Shown piece by piece: positions 37,677 to 47,692 of a DNA stretch of 64,000 nt. The DNA is from a virus. Taxonomy: Duplodnaviria; Caudoviricetes. Below the pieces are notes generated by a model, which worked only from the letters and a program-made list of their open reading frames with translations, did not search any database and was not told the DNA's origin. The stretch spans positions 1 through 64,000 of the IMG/VR virus record IMGVR_UViG_3300011442_000001; one strand, given 5' to 3'. The position numbers and the translations under genes are program-made. Position 1 is the first letter of the stretch; each line of letters begins with the position of its first letter.

Positions 37677-39266
37677 CTATGAAACATCCAAAACGAATAT
37701 TCCATCTGCACGGTCAATAATCATACCGAACTGCTGGTAAAGTTCCAAATACCACTGTGGAGGAGTTGGCTCCATGTTTGTCCACTGCTTATCCTTTACG
37801 TCTCCATAAGTAATGAATTCACCTACGCCCTCGCCGATAACAAGAATCTTGTCTTCAGGTAGTAGAGCATTGTAGTCAGCAGGGTTGTCGTAAATCTGGT
37901 CTAGGGCTACTAGAGGTACACCGTAGTAACGTCCAAGAATACCATTCTGCATGATTTCTAGGATTGTCTCAGGTGCAAAACCTACGTTTGTACCGTCTGA
38001 CCAGAATGCACCAAACTTGGTGATAGGAGTCATTGCGGCACGTGTTCCAATAACAACCTTTGCACCAGAAGTGTGAAGATTAACATAGTTAATCGCATTC
38101 TCTAGTGCTGTGGCTGTAATAGGCCCACCAACTGCTGTGAAGTTATTTGGAGTATTTACAGATGTCCAGACTGTTGAAAGGGCAGTAAATACTTTGTTTA
38201 GATAGTAATCAGCAAGCTTGGCTGACATTTCCTTACGGATGTCCTCCACGCTACCAATTTCTCCAGAAGCTAGTTCCCCGAATTGTTACTACTTTTATTT
38301 TTAAAAGCGGTTATACATTTCTGTATAACTCTTTATGTCTCCATAAAGACCGGACTATATCTTCGCTAAAAAGCGTTTGGCATATAGTCTCTGAGGATTT
38401 TGAGAGATTTTTCTACTTTATCTTGATGTCCATGCAATAACTTAATTCTTCTCATTATATCTACATCCCATTCGTCATAATAAACGTTCTTACTTCCAAT
38501 CATAGAGTATCTCTTACTACACCACTCTTGAAGTAAAATAGCTTCTTCTTTTTTACCTACTAGATTTTCAATTAGTATAGGAAGAAACTTCATAACTCTT
38601 CTTATACCAGATACTTCTATTCTGTATCTCTTTTTCCACTTTTCTGTAGCTTCCTTTTCGTTTACCCAGAAAGGAATTTCTAGTAGCTTTAGTATTTCTA
38701 TTATTTTATTTATTATTTGAATATCTGTATTTATAATTGTTATTACTGGTCTTATCAATGGTTGCTTGCCTTTTCTTGCGTGAAAGGTCATTGTTACTGT
38801 CCCTTCACCATCAATTATTCCGCATAACCAACCAATATCTCTCAATCTTTCCTGCTGATTTTCCATTTTTATTATCCTTTCTCTTGTCACTTAGTTAGTA
38901 AGAAGGCTTTAGGAGGTTCCAGCATTTAGCCAAATTTTACATGAGCAGGGCTGTAGGGGATAATCCTAACTCATTGTAAGTAACCTTCACATCTGCTCCG
39001 TCCAACACATAGTTGATACGGTCACGAACTGTGATTTCACTTGCTAGATGAATGGAACCGGGAACTAGAGTACGAACCTTGATTCCCTTGCGTACTTTCT
39101 TTACGAGAGCATCGCCGGGGTTCAAAGAACGAGTCGTCAATAGCATACTTACAAAATCATTTGTAAGATGATTGGGTTGCACATACTCAATAATAAGCTG
39201 TGCTAGAGCCTCGCGGTCGCCAGCCTTAAGCAACTCAGCGATGGCTTCCTTATAATTCTTTTCCAT
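37677..39266 (-). CDS. Major capsid protein, spliced: join(39266..38969, 38278..37677), 299 aa
   Basis: Splicing restores ...VTYNE-W-ELASGEIGSVEDIRKEM...; position after the protease and decoration genes. Confidence 0.9.
38279..38968 (-). mobile_element. Group I intron (690 nt) in the major capsid gene
   Basis: P1 ATGAGT/GCTCAT with U-G splice-site pair; AAATGCTGGAA (P), AATCAGCAG (Q), TCAGAGACTA (R), AAGATATAGTCC (S); terminal G. Confidence 0.93.
38366..38866 (-). CDS. Intron-encoded LAGLIDADG homing endonuclease
   Basis: WLCGIIDGEGTV; start probably MENQQER, overlapping the intron Q and R elements. Confidence 0.88.
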   Translation of the reverse strand: MENQQERLRDIGWLCGIIDGEGTVTMTFHARKGKQPLIRPVITIINTDIQIINKIIEILKLLEIPFWVNEKEATEKWKKRYRIEVSGIRRVMKFLPILIENLVGKKEEAILLQEWCSKRYSMIGSKNVYYDEWDVDIMRRIKLLHGHQDKVEKSLKILRDYMPNAF

Positions 39267-39287
39267 GTTATTAAAATCCTCCGATTT

Positions 39288-39857
39288 TTATCTGTTGATT
39301 TGTACAGTCAAAGCACCTGTTTCAGTGTCATAGTCCTGTACGAATCCGATAACGCCAACAGCATTTGTTGCTGTGTACTTAGGCTTACCTCTGTCAGCAC
39401 CGGCAGTGTGTTCTACGATAAGAGCCGCACCGGGAGTCTGCAAAGCTGAGTTGTAAATATACTGCCCAGAAGGTAGTGTGAAATACCCGTCAGTGAAAGC
39501 AAGGGCCTTGTATCCTGATGGAATAGCCTGACTTTCCTGATTGCCGGGATGTGTCAACCACATCTTTAGCCCCGTTAGAGGGCCAGCAGTCGCATTAACC
39601 CATCCACCTCTGAAGTCAAAGGTAGTCTGAGGCCAGTCAACAATAGGTGTTGGTCTGTTGTCTACTGCAAAAGTGACACAATACTTAGCACGAGTAGCCT
39701 CTTCCTCTGTAGTAGGAAGCTTGGCTCCGGGCAAATCTGTGTCGGTATTCATGAAAGACCCGCCTAGTGCGTTGGCTGTAAGAACTACGAAACGTCCTTC
39801 CGTAATTTCTTCCTGAACAACAACACCAATCACGTCTTCAAAACGATTGATTTCCAT
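39288..39857 (-). CDS. Head decoration / minor capsid protein
   Basis: 189 aa between the scaffold and capsid genes. Confidence 0.6.
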   Translation of the reverse strand: MEINRFEDVIGVVVQEEITEGRFVVLTANALGGSFMNTDTDLPGAKLPTTEEEATRAKYCVTFAVDNRPTPIVDWPQTTFDFRGGWVNATAGPLTGLKMWLTHPGNQESQAIPSGYKALAFTDGYFTLPSGQYIYNSALQTPGAALIVEHTAGADRGKPKYTATNAVGVIGFVQDYDTETGALTVQINR

Positions 39858-41216
39858 TTAATTATCCTCCGAGATTTTCTTCTTATTCCGTTGCTCACGC
39901 AAGTATTCCGCTATATCCGAAACGCTAGGCTTCTCGGCATCTTCGTTACCTGTAAGTGCAGGAATTTCTATTTTCTTTTTTGAAGCATCTGAGCTTTTCT
40001 TACCTGCTTCTGCGACATTTGCGGCAACTTCCTGAACAAAGAAAGCCAAAGCTTCCTCGTCCATCTTTAGAAGTTTCTCTGCATGGTCAGCAAAATACTG
40101 GTCATCTTTCTCTAGTCCAGCTTCAACAAACTGTTTCTTGATTGACTCTATCTTCTCAAGTTTCTCAGTCTCAGCATCAATGCTTGCCTTGTATTCCTTG
40201 AGAGTAGTTAGTTCTGGTTCGATAGCATTTATTTTTTCTGTTAAGGTTGCAATGGCTTGCTCTTTGTCAGCGATAAGTTTATCCTTGTCTGCCAACTGAG
40301 CAAGTGCGTCCGTCAACTTAGGCTCCATTTCTGCTATCTGAGCCTGTAGTTCCTCAATTGTTTTCAACTCTTCCTCCGTAATTTTTGGGTTAGACAAAAA
40401 CAAGGATGTTACTTCTTCATTACTTGCTCCAGCTTCAAACTTACCAATCAGAGTTTCTACAACCTTTACGGTTTTATCTTTCTCTGGAACTGATGATGAT
40501 TGAAGTTCCGCAATTGCATCCTTTAATCTTGTTCTATCTATCTTTCCTTCGTTGTCCATTATAGGAAAGAGTCTTTCCTCACCTTTAACGTAGAGGAAAG
40601 AGGAGTCTGGTAGCTCACTGATGTAAGCCTTACTCCATTTTTTAGCCGCTACAGATAGTACTCTAGTACGTCCCTCGTAGGCGGGTTCTCCCACCACAGT
40701 TGCCGCCCTTAGAACAGTTCCGGTTAAGTCTATACTATTCTGGTCAACATTATATTGAGCATCTTCGTACAAAATTTCCCAAGAAATATCCACCGGCTTT
40801 TTACTGGCAAACTGTTGTTTTATATATTCAACGTCAGCAGGTCTTTCTTCTCCCCACAAAGCCGCCAATGCTACGATAGCCATTGAGCCATCAGGCATTG
40901 GAACTTCTTTCAGGTGGGTAATGGAACCCAAAGGCTCTGTTCCTTGATGTCCCCTGCTGATTTCTCCCTTCGCCATCTTCACTGGCATGTGAATTCCACT
41001 TCGAATCAGGTTTGCAAATTCTTCTTTGGGAATTCTCTGCCCATTTCCGTTTCTCATATCGTCAGTTAGAACGAATTTTGTCCAAACGACTGTGGGATTA
41101 ACCATTATAGAAGAGAAAGCTTCCCCCATTTCCGCCCTAGCTTCATTTTCACTTAACAATTCTACCATATCTACCAGATTTGTGGCGAATTTTGACGTGT
41201 TTTTTGTCATTTTCAT
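39858..41216 (-). CDS. Prohead protease-scaffold fusion
   Basis: NGNGQRI...H...ISWE...PAY protease-like domain; ELPDSSF...RLFPI small domain; acidic coiled coil. Confidence 0.75.
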   Translation of the reverse strand: MKMTKNTSKFATNLVDMVELLSENEARAEMGEAFSSIMVNPTVVWTKFVLTDDMRNGNGQRIPKEEFANLIRSGIHMPVKMAKGEISRGHQGTEPLGSITHLKEVPMPDGSMAIVALAALWGEERPADVEYIKQQFASKKPVDISWEILYEDAQYNVDQNSIDLTGTVLRAATVVGEPAYEGRTRVLSVAAKKWSKAYISELPDSSFLYVKGEERLFPIMDNEGKIDRTRLKDAIAELQSSSVPEKDKTVKVVETLIGKFEAGASNEEVTSLFLSNPKITEEELKTIEELQAQIAEMEPKLTDALAQLADKDKLIADKEQAIATLTEKINAIEPELTTLKEYKASIDAETEKLEKIESIKKQFVEAGLEKDDQYFADHAEKLLKMDEEALAFFVQEVAANVAEAGKKSSDASKKKIEIPALTGNEDAEKPSVSDIAEYLREQRNKKKISEDN

Positions 41217-42748
41217 TCTCCAGAACCAGTTTTAGCCGGTGTTTTCGGTTTTATAGCTGGCTTTTTATCCCCATTAGGTTGCTGTCCTTCTAGAAGAATT
41301 GAGTTTTTACTATTAGGAGTAGGCCCGAACTCAGACAAGCCTCTGTCTTTGAGTTCTTTTGTCTCCTCTTCTAGTAAAGCTACTTCTTTGCTAAACTCGA
41401 AACCAAGTTCCTTGTCTACGGAAGTTCTACTTAGACCACCACTCTCGTAAGAGAAACGTAGGCCGTCTAGGAAGTTTTGGAATTTGTGGAGGTTCATTGC
41501 TTTGAATGAAACCGTTGGAACGCTATTGAATTTGTTGCGTTTTGATATTTCCAAACAAATGTCCCTAAGAACTTCTATGATTTTTCTTCTAAATCCTTCA
41601 GCAGTTTTTATAGGAGATAGTGTAGCTATTTCGGAATCGGATGTTCCAGATTTCTGTGCTTCTCCGGTAATCAGAACTCTAGGAAACCCTAGTCCGAACA
41701 AAATTTCCTCGTTGATGTCATTATACTTTCCGACATTCAGTAATGTTTCTGTTTCAGGAAAGACCCAGTTTATCTCTACCGTGTGATTTGTGATTAGCTG
41801 GAAAATTCTTTCCAAAGTATTTGCATCCCGCCCTCTCATTCTTAGCTGAGATGCAATGCTCTCTACGTACTCTGCGTCTTCTTCAGATTGTGTAATAGGG
41901 AAATCCTTATCACCAATCTTAACGTGCATGATGGCACTGATAACCTTATCCATAATCGAGTAGTCCATTCTACGCATCTTTCTCTTGTGGTGCAAAGCTT
42001 CCAGAGCAGATTGAACATATGGAATTGGATAAGGATTGTCAGACGTGTATTGTCTACGGATAACATAATCGTTTTCCAATAGAAATACTGTCTGACCTTC
42101 AATGATTGCCTTTACAAACTCAGGAAACTGAGTTACTAAAGTTTCATAGAGTACGGGGTCTTTCGTTCCATCTGGATAAACTCCCTTTGATTTTATGAAG
42201 GAGATTACGTCTGTTGGAACCTTTACAAAGTAGGAGGGCTTGTCACCCAGAACTACTTTCTTAATTTGAATTGTTTGTGGGTCTCTTACCCACATGGAAT
42301 CTGGAAGTTCCAAGGAGCTATATTTCTTCACTCCAAGAGAGAAGATAAAGTCCTTGTCTACTTTTCCATATCCTACTTCTGGAACAACAAGTCCAGACAA
42401 TAAATACTCGGTAGCCATCTGCTCTGCAAAGCAAACCATCTTTGGTGCTATTGCTTCGAAGACTCTGAATTCATTGTCAGAGAGTTTGTTCTTGGAGAAA
42501 ACCAAATCGGTAATTCCAATCTCCACCAGTTTATCTATCACTGTGGAAACGAGAGGCTCTGTTTTGTAGAAGAATCTACTATGCTGAATCGAAAGCAGAA
42601 AGTCAGTCTGCTGATTCACTGTTGTTGTAAACTTGGGTACGACAGTCCAAGGGTTATCAGTCTGTTGAAGCAGTTCTGCCTTTCCCTTAGATAGTTGCTT
42701 ATCCTTTGGTGCTACTGCTATTGCAGTTTTCTTTTTAGTTGTTGTCAT
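41213..42748 (-). CDS. Portal protein
   Basis: 511 aa, between terminase and protease. Confidence 0.8.
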   Translation of the reverse strand: MTTTKKKTAIAVAPKDKQLSKGKAELLQQTDNPWTVVPKFTTTVNQQTDFLLSIQHSRFFYKTEPLVSTVIDKLVEIGITDLVFSKNKLSDNEFRVFEAIAPKMVCFAEQMATEYLLSGLVVPEVGYGKVDKDFIFSLGVKKYSSLELPDSMWVRDPQTIQIKKVVLGDKPSYFVKVPTDVISFIKSKGVYPDGTKDPVLYETLVTQFPEFVKAIIEGQTVFLLENDYVIRRQYTSDNPYPIPYVQSALEALHHKRKMRRMDYSIMDKVISAIMHVKIGDKDFPITQSEEDAEYVESIASQLRMRGRDANTLERIFQLITNHTVEINWVFPETETLLNVGKYNDINEEILFGLGFPRVLITGEAQKSGTSDSEIATLSPIKTAEGFRRKIIEVLRDICLEISKRNKFNSVPTVSFKAMNLHKFQNFLDGLRFSYESGGLSRTSVDKELGFEFSKEVALLEEETKELKDRGLSEFGPTPNSKNSILLEGQQPNGDKKPAIKPKTPAKTGSGE

Positions 42749-42749
42749 A

Positions 42750-44294
42750 TTATATCCATAACGCCTTGAGTAATTTTACCTTGCGAGTGGCTTGTGAGAA
42801 TTCCATTGTCATATGGAATGCTCCTACTCCACACAGCATCGCAGAAGTAAAGTGGTCTTCTCCACGTTTGCCTCCTCTTTCTGTCAGAGTCTTGTAAGAA
42901 ATATCCCCATTTGGATTTTTAGTATAGGTCATTCTTTCCAGTTCAGTAACCAAGTCCAAGTCAGTTGAGGAGTAAACAACTCTGTGATTGTTTGTCATCT
43001 CTTGCAGAATGGAAACGAAGAATGGTTTTAGCTTTACTTTGTTTTCTTCCCCGTCAGAGTTTATTCCCAATGAAAGCCATGATGAAAAGTTTACGGGGTA
43101 TATTCTTTTCTTGTAATTCTTATGAACATAGTCTGTATGTTCCTGCCAAGTCTGAATGGAATTGAGACCGGCATTACCGGCATCCACGGCAATCAGCATT
43201 GGGCCGTACTTTGTATCCAAGAAATCAATTAACTTCTCCTGAACCGGATAGGCAACCTTGGTTAGCTTAACTCTACAGTGTATTTTCAGTCTATCCTTTT
43301 CGTCTAGATAGAAAACTACAATAGCCGTAGGTTCCGTGTACCCCATGTCTATTCCAAACAATATACCATAGTTTTGTGGAGGAAGCGGAAGTAAGTCCAG
43401 CTTGGTAATCATTTCTGTAATACCTTCTGCACGAATACCATCAATTTCTACTTTGTAAACTGGATAGCTGTCTATCTTCATCAGGTTTCTATCGAACAGT
43501 GCGAAGACAGGTCTTCCGTGCTGGCCCAGAACATAGTGGGTATAGTCTTCTGAATCTTCTCCACCGTACTGTGCTTTGGCATCTTCTATATCCTGCTCTG
43601 TAATTCTAGGATTATCAAAGGCAGAAACTCTGTGCTTGCTGTAGGCATCATTTTCCATGTCTACTGTGTAGAGAACATTATGCTCTCTCATTCCAGTAGG
43701 TACTCCTGATACCAGTTCTCTGTGTCCGGGTGTCCACACATTTAGAGATGGTTGCATTTCGTTGAAGGCATTGTTAGGAAAATATCCACCTTCGTCTACC
43801 TCAATCCAAGGAGTGTGCAAAGCAATTAGGTTCGCCCCTGTTCCAGATTGTCCAGCAATGCGGCATAGCAATACAGCACCGTTCTTCAGTGTAATCTTAA
43901 ACTCAGAACTATTTACTCCGCTCTTTGTGTCAATGAAATTCTTTAGGAAGGAGTTTGTCTTGAACAGTCTAACCAGATTGGTAAATACAGGTTCAAGGTG
44001 AACTTTGCTAGGAACCGTAAATAAAACATAGTCGTCAGGAAAGATGTTGTAGACTAAAATCCAGAGAAGTAATGAATACTGACTAACTGTTTTTCCTGTG
44101 GCACGAGCAGTACAAATGGAAACCTTTGGATGAAAGTCTGCCATTATCTCTACCTGATACCAAGAGAATCCGAAAGGTTCGTCAAGTCCTTCGTCGTTAT
44201 CTATGTTGTAGATAAATTCGGGGGCTAGGACTGGGTTCTTTAGTATTTCATAAAGTATTAAGTCTTCTTGTGTTACTTTCTCGATAATCGCCAT
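42750..44294 (-). CDS. terL: Terminase large subunit
   Basis: Walker A ARATGKT, Walker B EVDE, coupling SGVP, nuclease GIDMG...VDAG...EDH. Confidence 0.9.
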   Translation of the reverse strand: MAIIEKVTQEDLILYEILKNPVLAPEFIYNIDNDEGLDEPFGFSWYQVEIMADFHPKVSICTARATGKTVSQYSLLLWILVYNIFPDDYVLFTVPSKVHLEPVFTNLVRLFKTNSFLKNFIDTKSGVNSSEFKITLKNGAVLLCRIAGQSGTGANLIALHTPWIEVDEGGYFPNNAFNEMQPSLNVWTPGHRELVSGVPTGMREHNVLYTVDMENDAYSKHRVSAFDNPRITEQDIEDAKAQYGGEDSEDYTHYVLGQHGRPVFALFDRNLMKIDSYPVYKVEIDGIRAEGITEMITKLDLLPLPPQNYGILFGIDMGYTEPTAIVVFYLDEKDRLKIHCRVKLTKVAYPVQEKLIDFLDTKYGPMLIAVDAGNAGLNSIQTWQEHTDYVHKNYKKRIYPVNFSSWLSLGINSDGEENKVKLKPFFVSILQEMTNNHRVVYSSTDLDLVTELERMTYTKNPNGDISYKTLTERGGKRGEDHFTSAMLCGVGAFHMTMEFSQATRKVKLLKALWI

Positions 44295-44927
44295 CTATAA
44301 TTCCTGTGGAGTTGTACGAGTCTCAGACCCTGGCTCTCCGCCCCATTTCTTGATATAGTTCTTCTTTGCCATATTGAACTTGGTGTGATGTTTTCTTTCT
44401 TGGTCTGGGGTCATGTGTTTCATGGTAGAACTACCTAGATGCTGAACTTTTGCCTGACTGAACTTTACTCCAAATCCTGCAAGCGTCAGTCTTCTAAAGT
44501 AGTCGTTGTCTTCGAAGTACCCGTAATTAGGGGAAATTTTTTCATCGAATAATCCAACTTCCTGTATAATCTTTTCAGGGATTAGAAAACAAGAAAAGAC
44601 GTTCATATATCCCAGACCTGCGGGGGAGATTATATTGTTATCATCATAATCATCTACCATTTGTTTAACTGAGTCCTGCTCAAATAGAACATCGTCGTTA
44701 CAAATAATCCTTATACCTGCGGTCAAGCCTATCATTAAGTTCCAGGATTTAGCTACTCCATAATTGTAAGGTGACTTTATATAGCGTAGATTTGGAAGTG
44801 ATGCCGGTACATGTCCTAATCCATTGTCTAAAACAACTATCTTATCTACCGTGTTACTTCTTAGTGAATGTATGCATCTATCTAGTTCTTCGTAAGAGTT
44901 TAATGTTGGTATACAAACATTAACCAT
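44295..44927 (-). CDS. GT2-family glycosyltransferase
   Basis: VCIPTLN, VLDNG, NDD, GLFDE...YFEDND. Confidence 0.85.
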   Translation of the reverse strand: MVNVCIPTLNSYEELDRCIHSLRSNTVDKIVVLDNGLGHVPASLPNLRYIKSPYNYGVAKSWNLMIGLTAGIRIICNDDVLFEQDSVKQMVDDYDDNNIISPAGLGYMNVFSCFLIPEKIIQEVGLFDEKISPNYGYFEDNDYFRRLTLAGFGVKFSQAKVQHLGSSTMKHMTPDQERKHHTKFNMAKKNYIKKWGGEPGSETRTTPQEL

Positions 44928-44942
44928 TTCGCAATCCTTTCT

Positions 44943-45866
44943 CTATACACTAGGAAGTCCATAGCAATTTCTATATGCACTATAGGCTTCTATTGTTTGC
45001 TTGGGTAAATAGTCTCTCCAGTTGTCCATGTCTTTTAGCATAGCCGCTGTGGTTGTGTATCCCAGAACTTCATCTTCCAGATTCTTTTTTATAGACTGTA
45101 TGTTTCTGTCTTGAGTTACTGTAGCAGGGCCAAATACAGGTCTTGTGTTTAGAAGATACTGGCAAATGTATCCTCCCCAAATATCATCCATTCTACCTAC
45201 TCCGGGGAGAACCATATAGTAAGGTAATGCCTCTCTGGAGATAAAAGTATTTTGGCTATTGAAGGGAGCGTAATCTGAAGATGTAACAAAGGTTTCCAAA
45301 TTCAAAGTAAGGTCGTGTGGATTATAGAGTTTTCTGCACACAGCATCTATATCGGGGTCTCCGTCCCACAAATCTGCCTGTAGATGGACGGTCATTTTCT
45401 TTTTATCTTGGTGCAGTATAGTGCTACTGGTTTTGGCATATTCCAATGGATAACCCCTGTGCCAGAGTTCCTTGTGATTAGTAGCCTGCAAAATATCAAA
45501 CACACCGCTAGAGTTCGAATAACAATCTACTTCTACATCTTTGCCTACTAAAATTTTCTCTCCCCAATTGTGGTAAGGAATATTATCGTCATCTATGCTG
45601 GCTACTATATCAGCACCCAACTCGTAGGCAAAAACAAAACCAAGGTTCCTTCTCATTACACAATTCCAACCTATTGTATCGCTTAGTTTCTTGTATCTTT
45701 CTTCCTGAAACTTAGGGTCTAGGTAGATAACATCAATGTTTTTGTATTGTGCATGGGGAGTCTTTATGTCGCCCACTACTATCATTTTCCAATCCTTCAT
45801 CTGAACAAACTTTAGAGTAGCCTCGGAAGGAGGGTAAATACTGGTGGTCACTATAAATTTCTTCAT
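44943..45866 (-). CDS. STELLO/RGP (GT75-like) glycosyltransferase or NDP-sugar mutase
   Basis: IVVGDIKTP, RRNLG, IDDDN, WHRGYP, GDPDIDA, NSQNT, RMDDIW. Confidence 0.8.
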   Translation of the reverse strand: MKKFIVTTSIYPPSEATLKFVQMKDWKMIVVGDIKTPHAQYKNIDVIYLDPKFQEERYKKLSDTIGWNCVMRRNLGFVFAYELGADIVASIDDDNIPYHNWGEKILVGKDVEVDCYSNSSGVFDILQATNHKELWHRGYPLEYAKTSSTILHQDKKKMTVHLQADLWDGDPDIDAVCRKLYNPHDLTLNLETFVTSSDYAPFNSQNTFISREALPYYMVLPGVGRMDDIWGGYICQYLLNTRPVFGPATVTQDRNIQSIKKNLEDEVLGYTTTAAMLKDMDNWRDYLPKQTIEAYSAYRNCYGLPSV

Positions 45867-46708
45867 ACTTTGTGCATCTCCAATCCAGCTTCAAGATGTC
45901 CCCAGTTTATTGTATTGGTTGTTTCTTGCATGAATACTGCAAGTTGTGCATCGTTCATTCCGCCAGTTCCTCCCATACCTCCAGCATGTCCAATATGCCA
46001 GATAGGGATTGTCCAGTCCACGTCTATCCCAAATCCAAACAGGCTAGCTTTTCTTTGTACGTTACTATCAGTGTATCCTCTTCCTACAAGACGTTCCTCA
46101 TATCCTCTTATGGTGTACCAGATGTCTCTATGAGCTATCTGCAAGTCTCCACAATTACTTACTAGAGAATACTTATCGTCAGGGAATACTTGAATTCTAG
46201 GATGTTGGGAGTGTGATGGTTCCAGTAATTCCATGCGTGGCATAAAAGTTCCGGGTTCGCTTCTTCCTCCCAAAGGTCTCAAATCAAACAGGGAGATGTC
46301 TCTTCTGCCTACAGTGAAGAATGTATTCTTGTCTTTTATCTTCTCAATGTGTCTTCTTTGTGGAGCCAGAATGTCTATGTTGGAAGATGCCAAGAAATCA
46401 GTTCCTAGTCTTCTAAGACCTATGTTCCTTGCCATAACTTCACAAACTCCCTGTGCATCTGGATTATCTCCAATCCATTCTTTCGCCTGTTTCTGAGTAA
46501 CCTTAATCCAGTAAATGTTATCATACTTTAGCAGGTCTTTTTCTATCTCTTCCACTACAGTAGGCTTGCCTTCTTCTGTCGCCCAATCCACGTATATAAC
46601 TTGGTCGAAATAGGCTGACATTGTGTTCAAACAATAAGTAGCTCTCTCTAAAAGGTTTCCGCCATAGTCGTCATTTCTTCCAATAATTGTAACACCGTAA
46701 GTACTCAT
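45863..46708 (-). CDS. GT-A fold glycosyltransferase
   Basis: GRNDDYGG, VDW, ARNIGLRR, NID, GDLQ...RGYEE. Confidence 0.75.
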   Translation of the reverse strand: MSTYGVTIIGRNDDYGGNLLERATYCLNTMSAYFDQVIYVDWATEEGKPTVVEEIEKDLLKYDNIYWIKVTQKQAKEWIGDNPDAQGVCEVMARNIGLRRLGTDFLASSNIDILAPQRRHIEKIKDKNTFFTVGRRDISLFDLRPLGGRSEPGTFMPRMELLEPSHSQHPRIQVFPDDKYSLVSNCGDLQIAHRDIWYTIRGYEERLVGRGYTDSNVQRKASLFGFGIDVDWTIPIWHIGHAGGMGGTGGMNDAQLAVFMQETTNTINWGHLEAGLEMHKV

Positions 46709-47445
46709 AGTCCTAGTATATTTATAATTTCCTTTGCTGTGGGATTTACGGGATAAAAATTCTTGTCGCTATAGATAACATGTCTCATATCCCAATGGAT
46801 ACCATCATGAGGAGATACCCTTTTGACATCACATCCGTTGGCAAGCACCAATTGGGAAGACATCAAACCAATGAAACCCTTTGACTTGGCTATCCAAGGA
46901 AGCGTCTCTACTAGGTCGAGACCACACTTGTTGAGTGCCGTCCCATCTCCTATCAAGTCTCCCAAGCCGCCGATGATAACCGTCTTTATTGGACTGCTCT
47001 TTATCAAATCAAGAAACATGTTCTTATATGATGTCTCGCCTCGTGGGGCTAGTACTATATAAGGTTCGTCAAGTGTTTCTACATCGTCGTATTCATATTC
47101 TATTTTACCGTTCCATGTTGAACCTACAGAACGTGCTATAAAATCAGGTAGTGCAGAATCAGGAACAGACCTAAATCCTAGGTGGTAAGTTGTCTCATAC
47201 AGGGAAACATCTACAGGAACTTTGGAAGGCCTTACTCCCATGTCCATTCCTTCTATAACATAAGTTGGAGAAAGGATACATCTACGGATGTAACTCTGTC
47301 TTTCCAAAAGTCTTCTGACTATTGGATAACAATATTCGCTCGTCCAGAAGTCGCCTTGTTGTCCTTTTGCCTCACAGATATATTTCACAGTAGGAAGAGA
47401 ATAAAGAAGGTCTCCAACTTTGCCGGGGTGGGTAAATGCTAACAT
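46705..47445 (-). CDS. GT9 (heptosyltransferase-like) glycosyltransferase
   Basis: GKVGDLLYSLP N-terminus; FIGLMSSQLVLA. Confidence 0.7.
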   Translation of the reverse strand: MLAFTHPGKVGDLLYSLPTVKYICEAKGQQGDFWTSEYCYPIVRRLLERQSYIRRCILSPTYVIEGMDMGVRPSKVPVDVSLYETTYHLGFRSVPDSALPDFIARSVGSTWNGKIEYEYDDVETLDEPYIVLAPRGETSYKNMFLDLIKSSPIKTVIIGGLGDLIGDGTALNKCGLDLVETLPWIAKSKGFIGLMSSQLVLANGCDVKRVSPHDGIHWDMRHVIYSDKNFYPVNPTAKEIINILGL

Positions 47446-47690
47446 TACTTATCCTTAAAATAAGTGTAGGTTTTGGTGGCTGTGAATCCGGTCTCGTTGA
47501 AGTAATTATTGATTGCACCTATCAACTGGCTTCTCTTGGCGTTCTGGTCTTGGGCTTTTATAGCCGCACTTAGTCTCTCTTCCTGCGAAAGCTTTTCGTT
47601 CATTATGTCTTCTTGAGCCATCCAGCATCTCAAGTTTGTAGTAATTAGAGCATCTATCAATTCCCCTATAGTCTTATTTTCTATTCCCAT
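47445..47690 (-). CDS. DUF4254-like small helical protein
   Basis: TIGELID.L...N...W..QE....N..RS.L...I pattern. Confidence 0.55.
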   Translation of the reverse strand: MGIENKTIGELIDALITTNLRCWMAQEDIMNEKLSQEERLSAAIKAQDQNAKRSQLIGAINNYFNETGFTATKTYTYFKDK

Positions 47691-47692
47691 GT

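Noticed and set aside
37677-39266. Capsid gene as a pseudogene or two separate genes
   Set aside because: The interruption is fully explained by a canonical group I intron that restores the frame.
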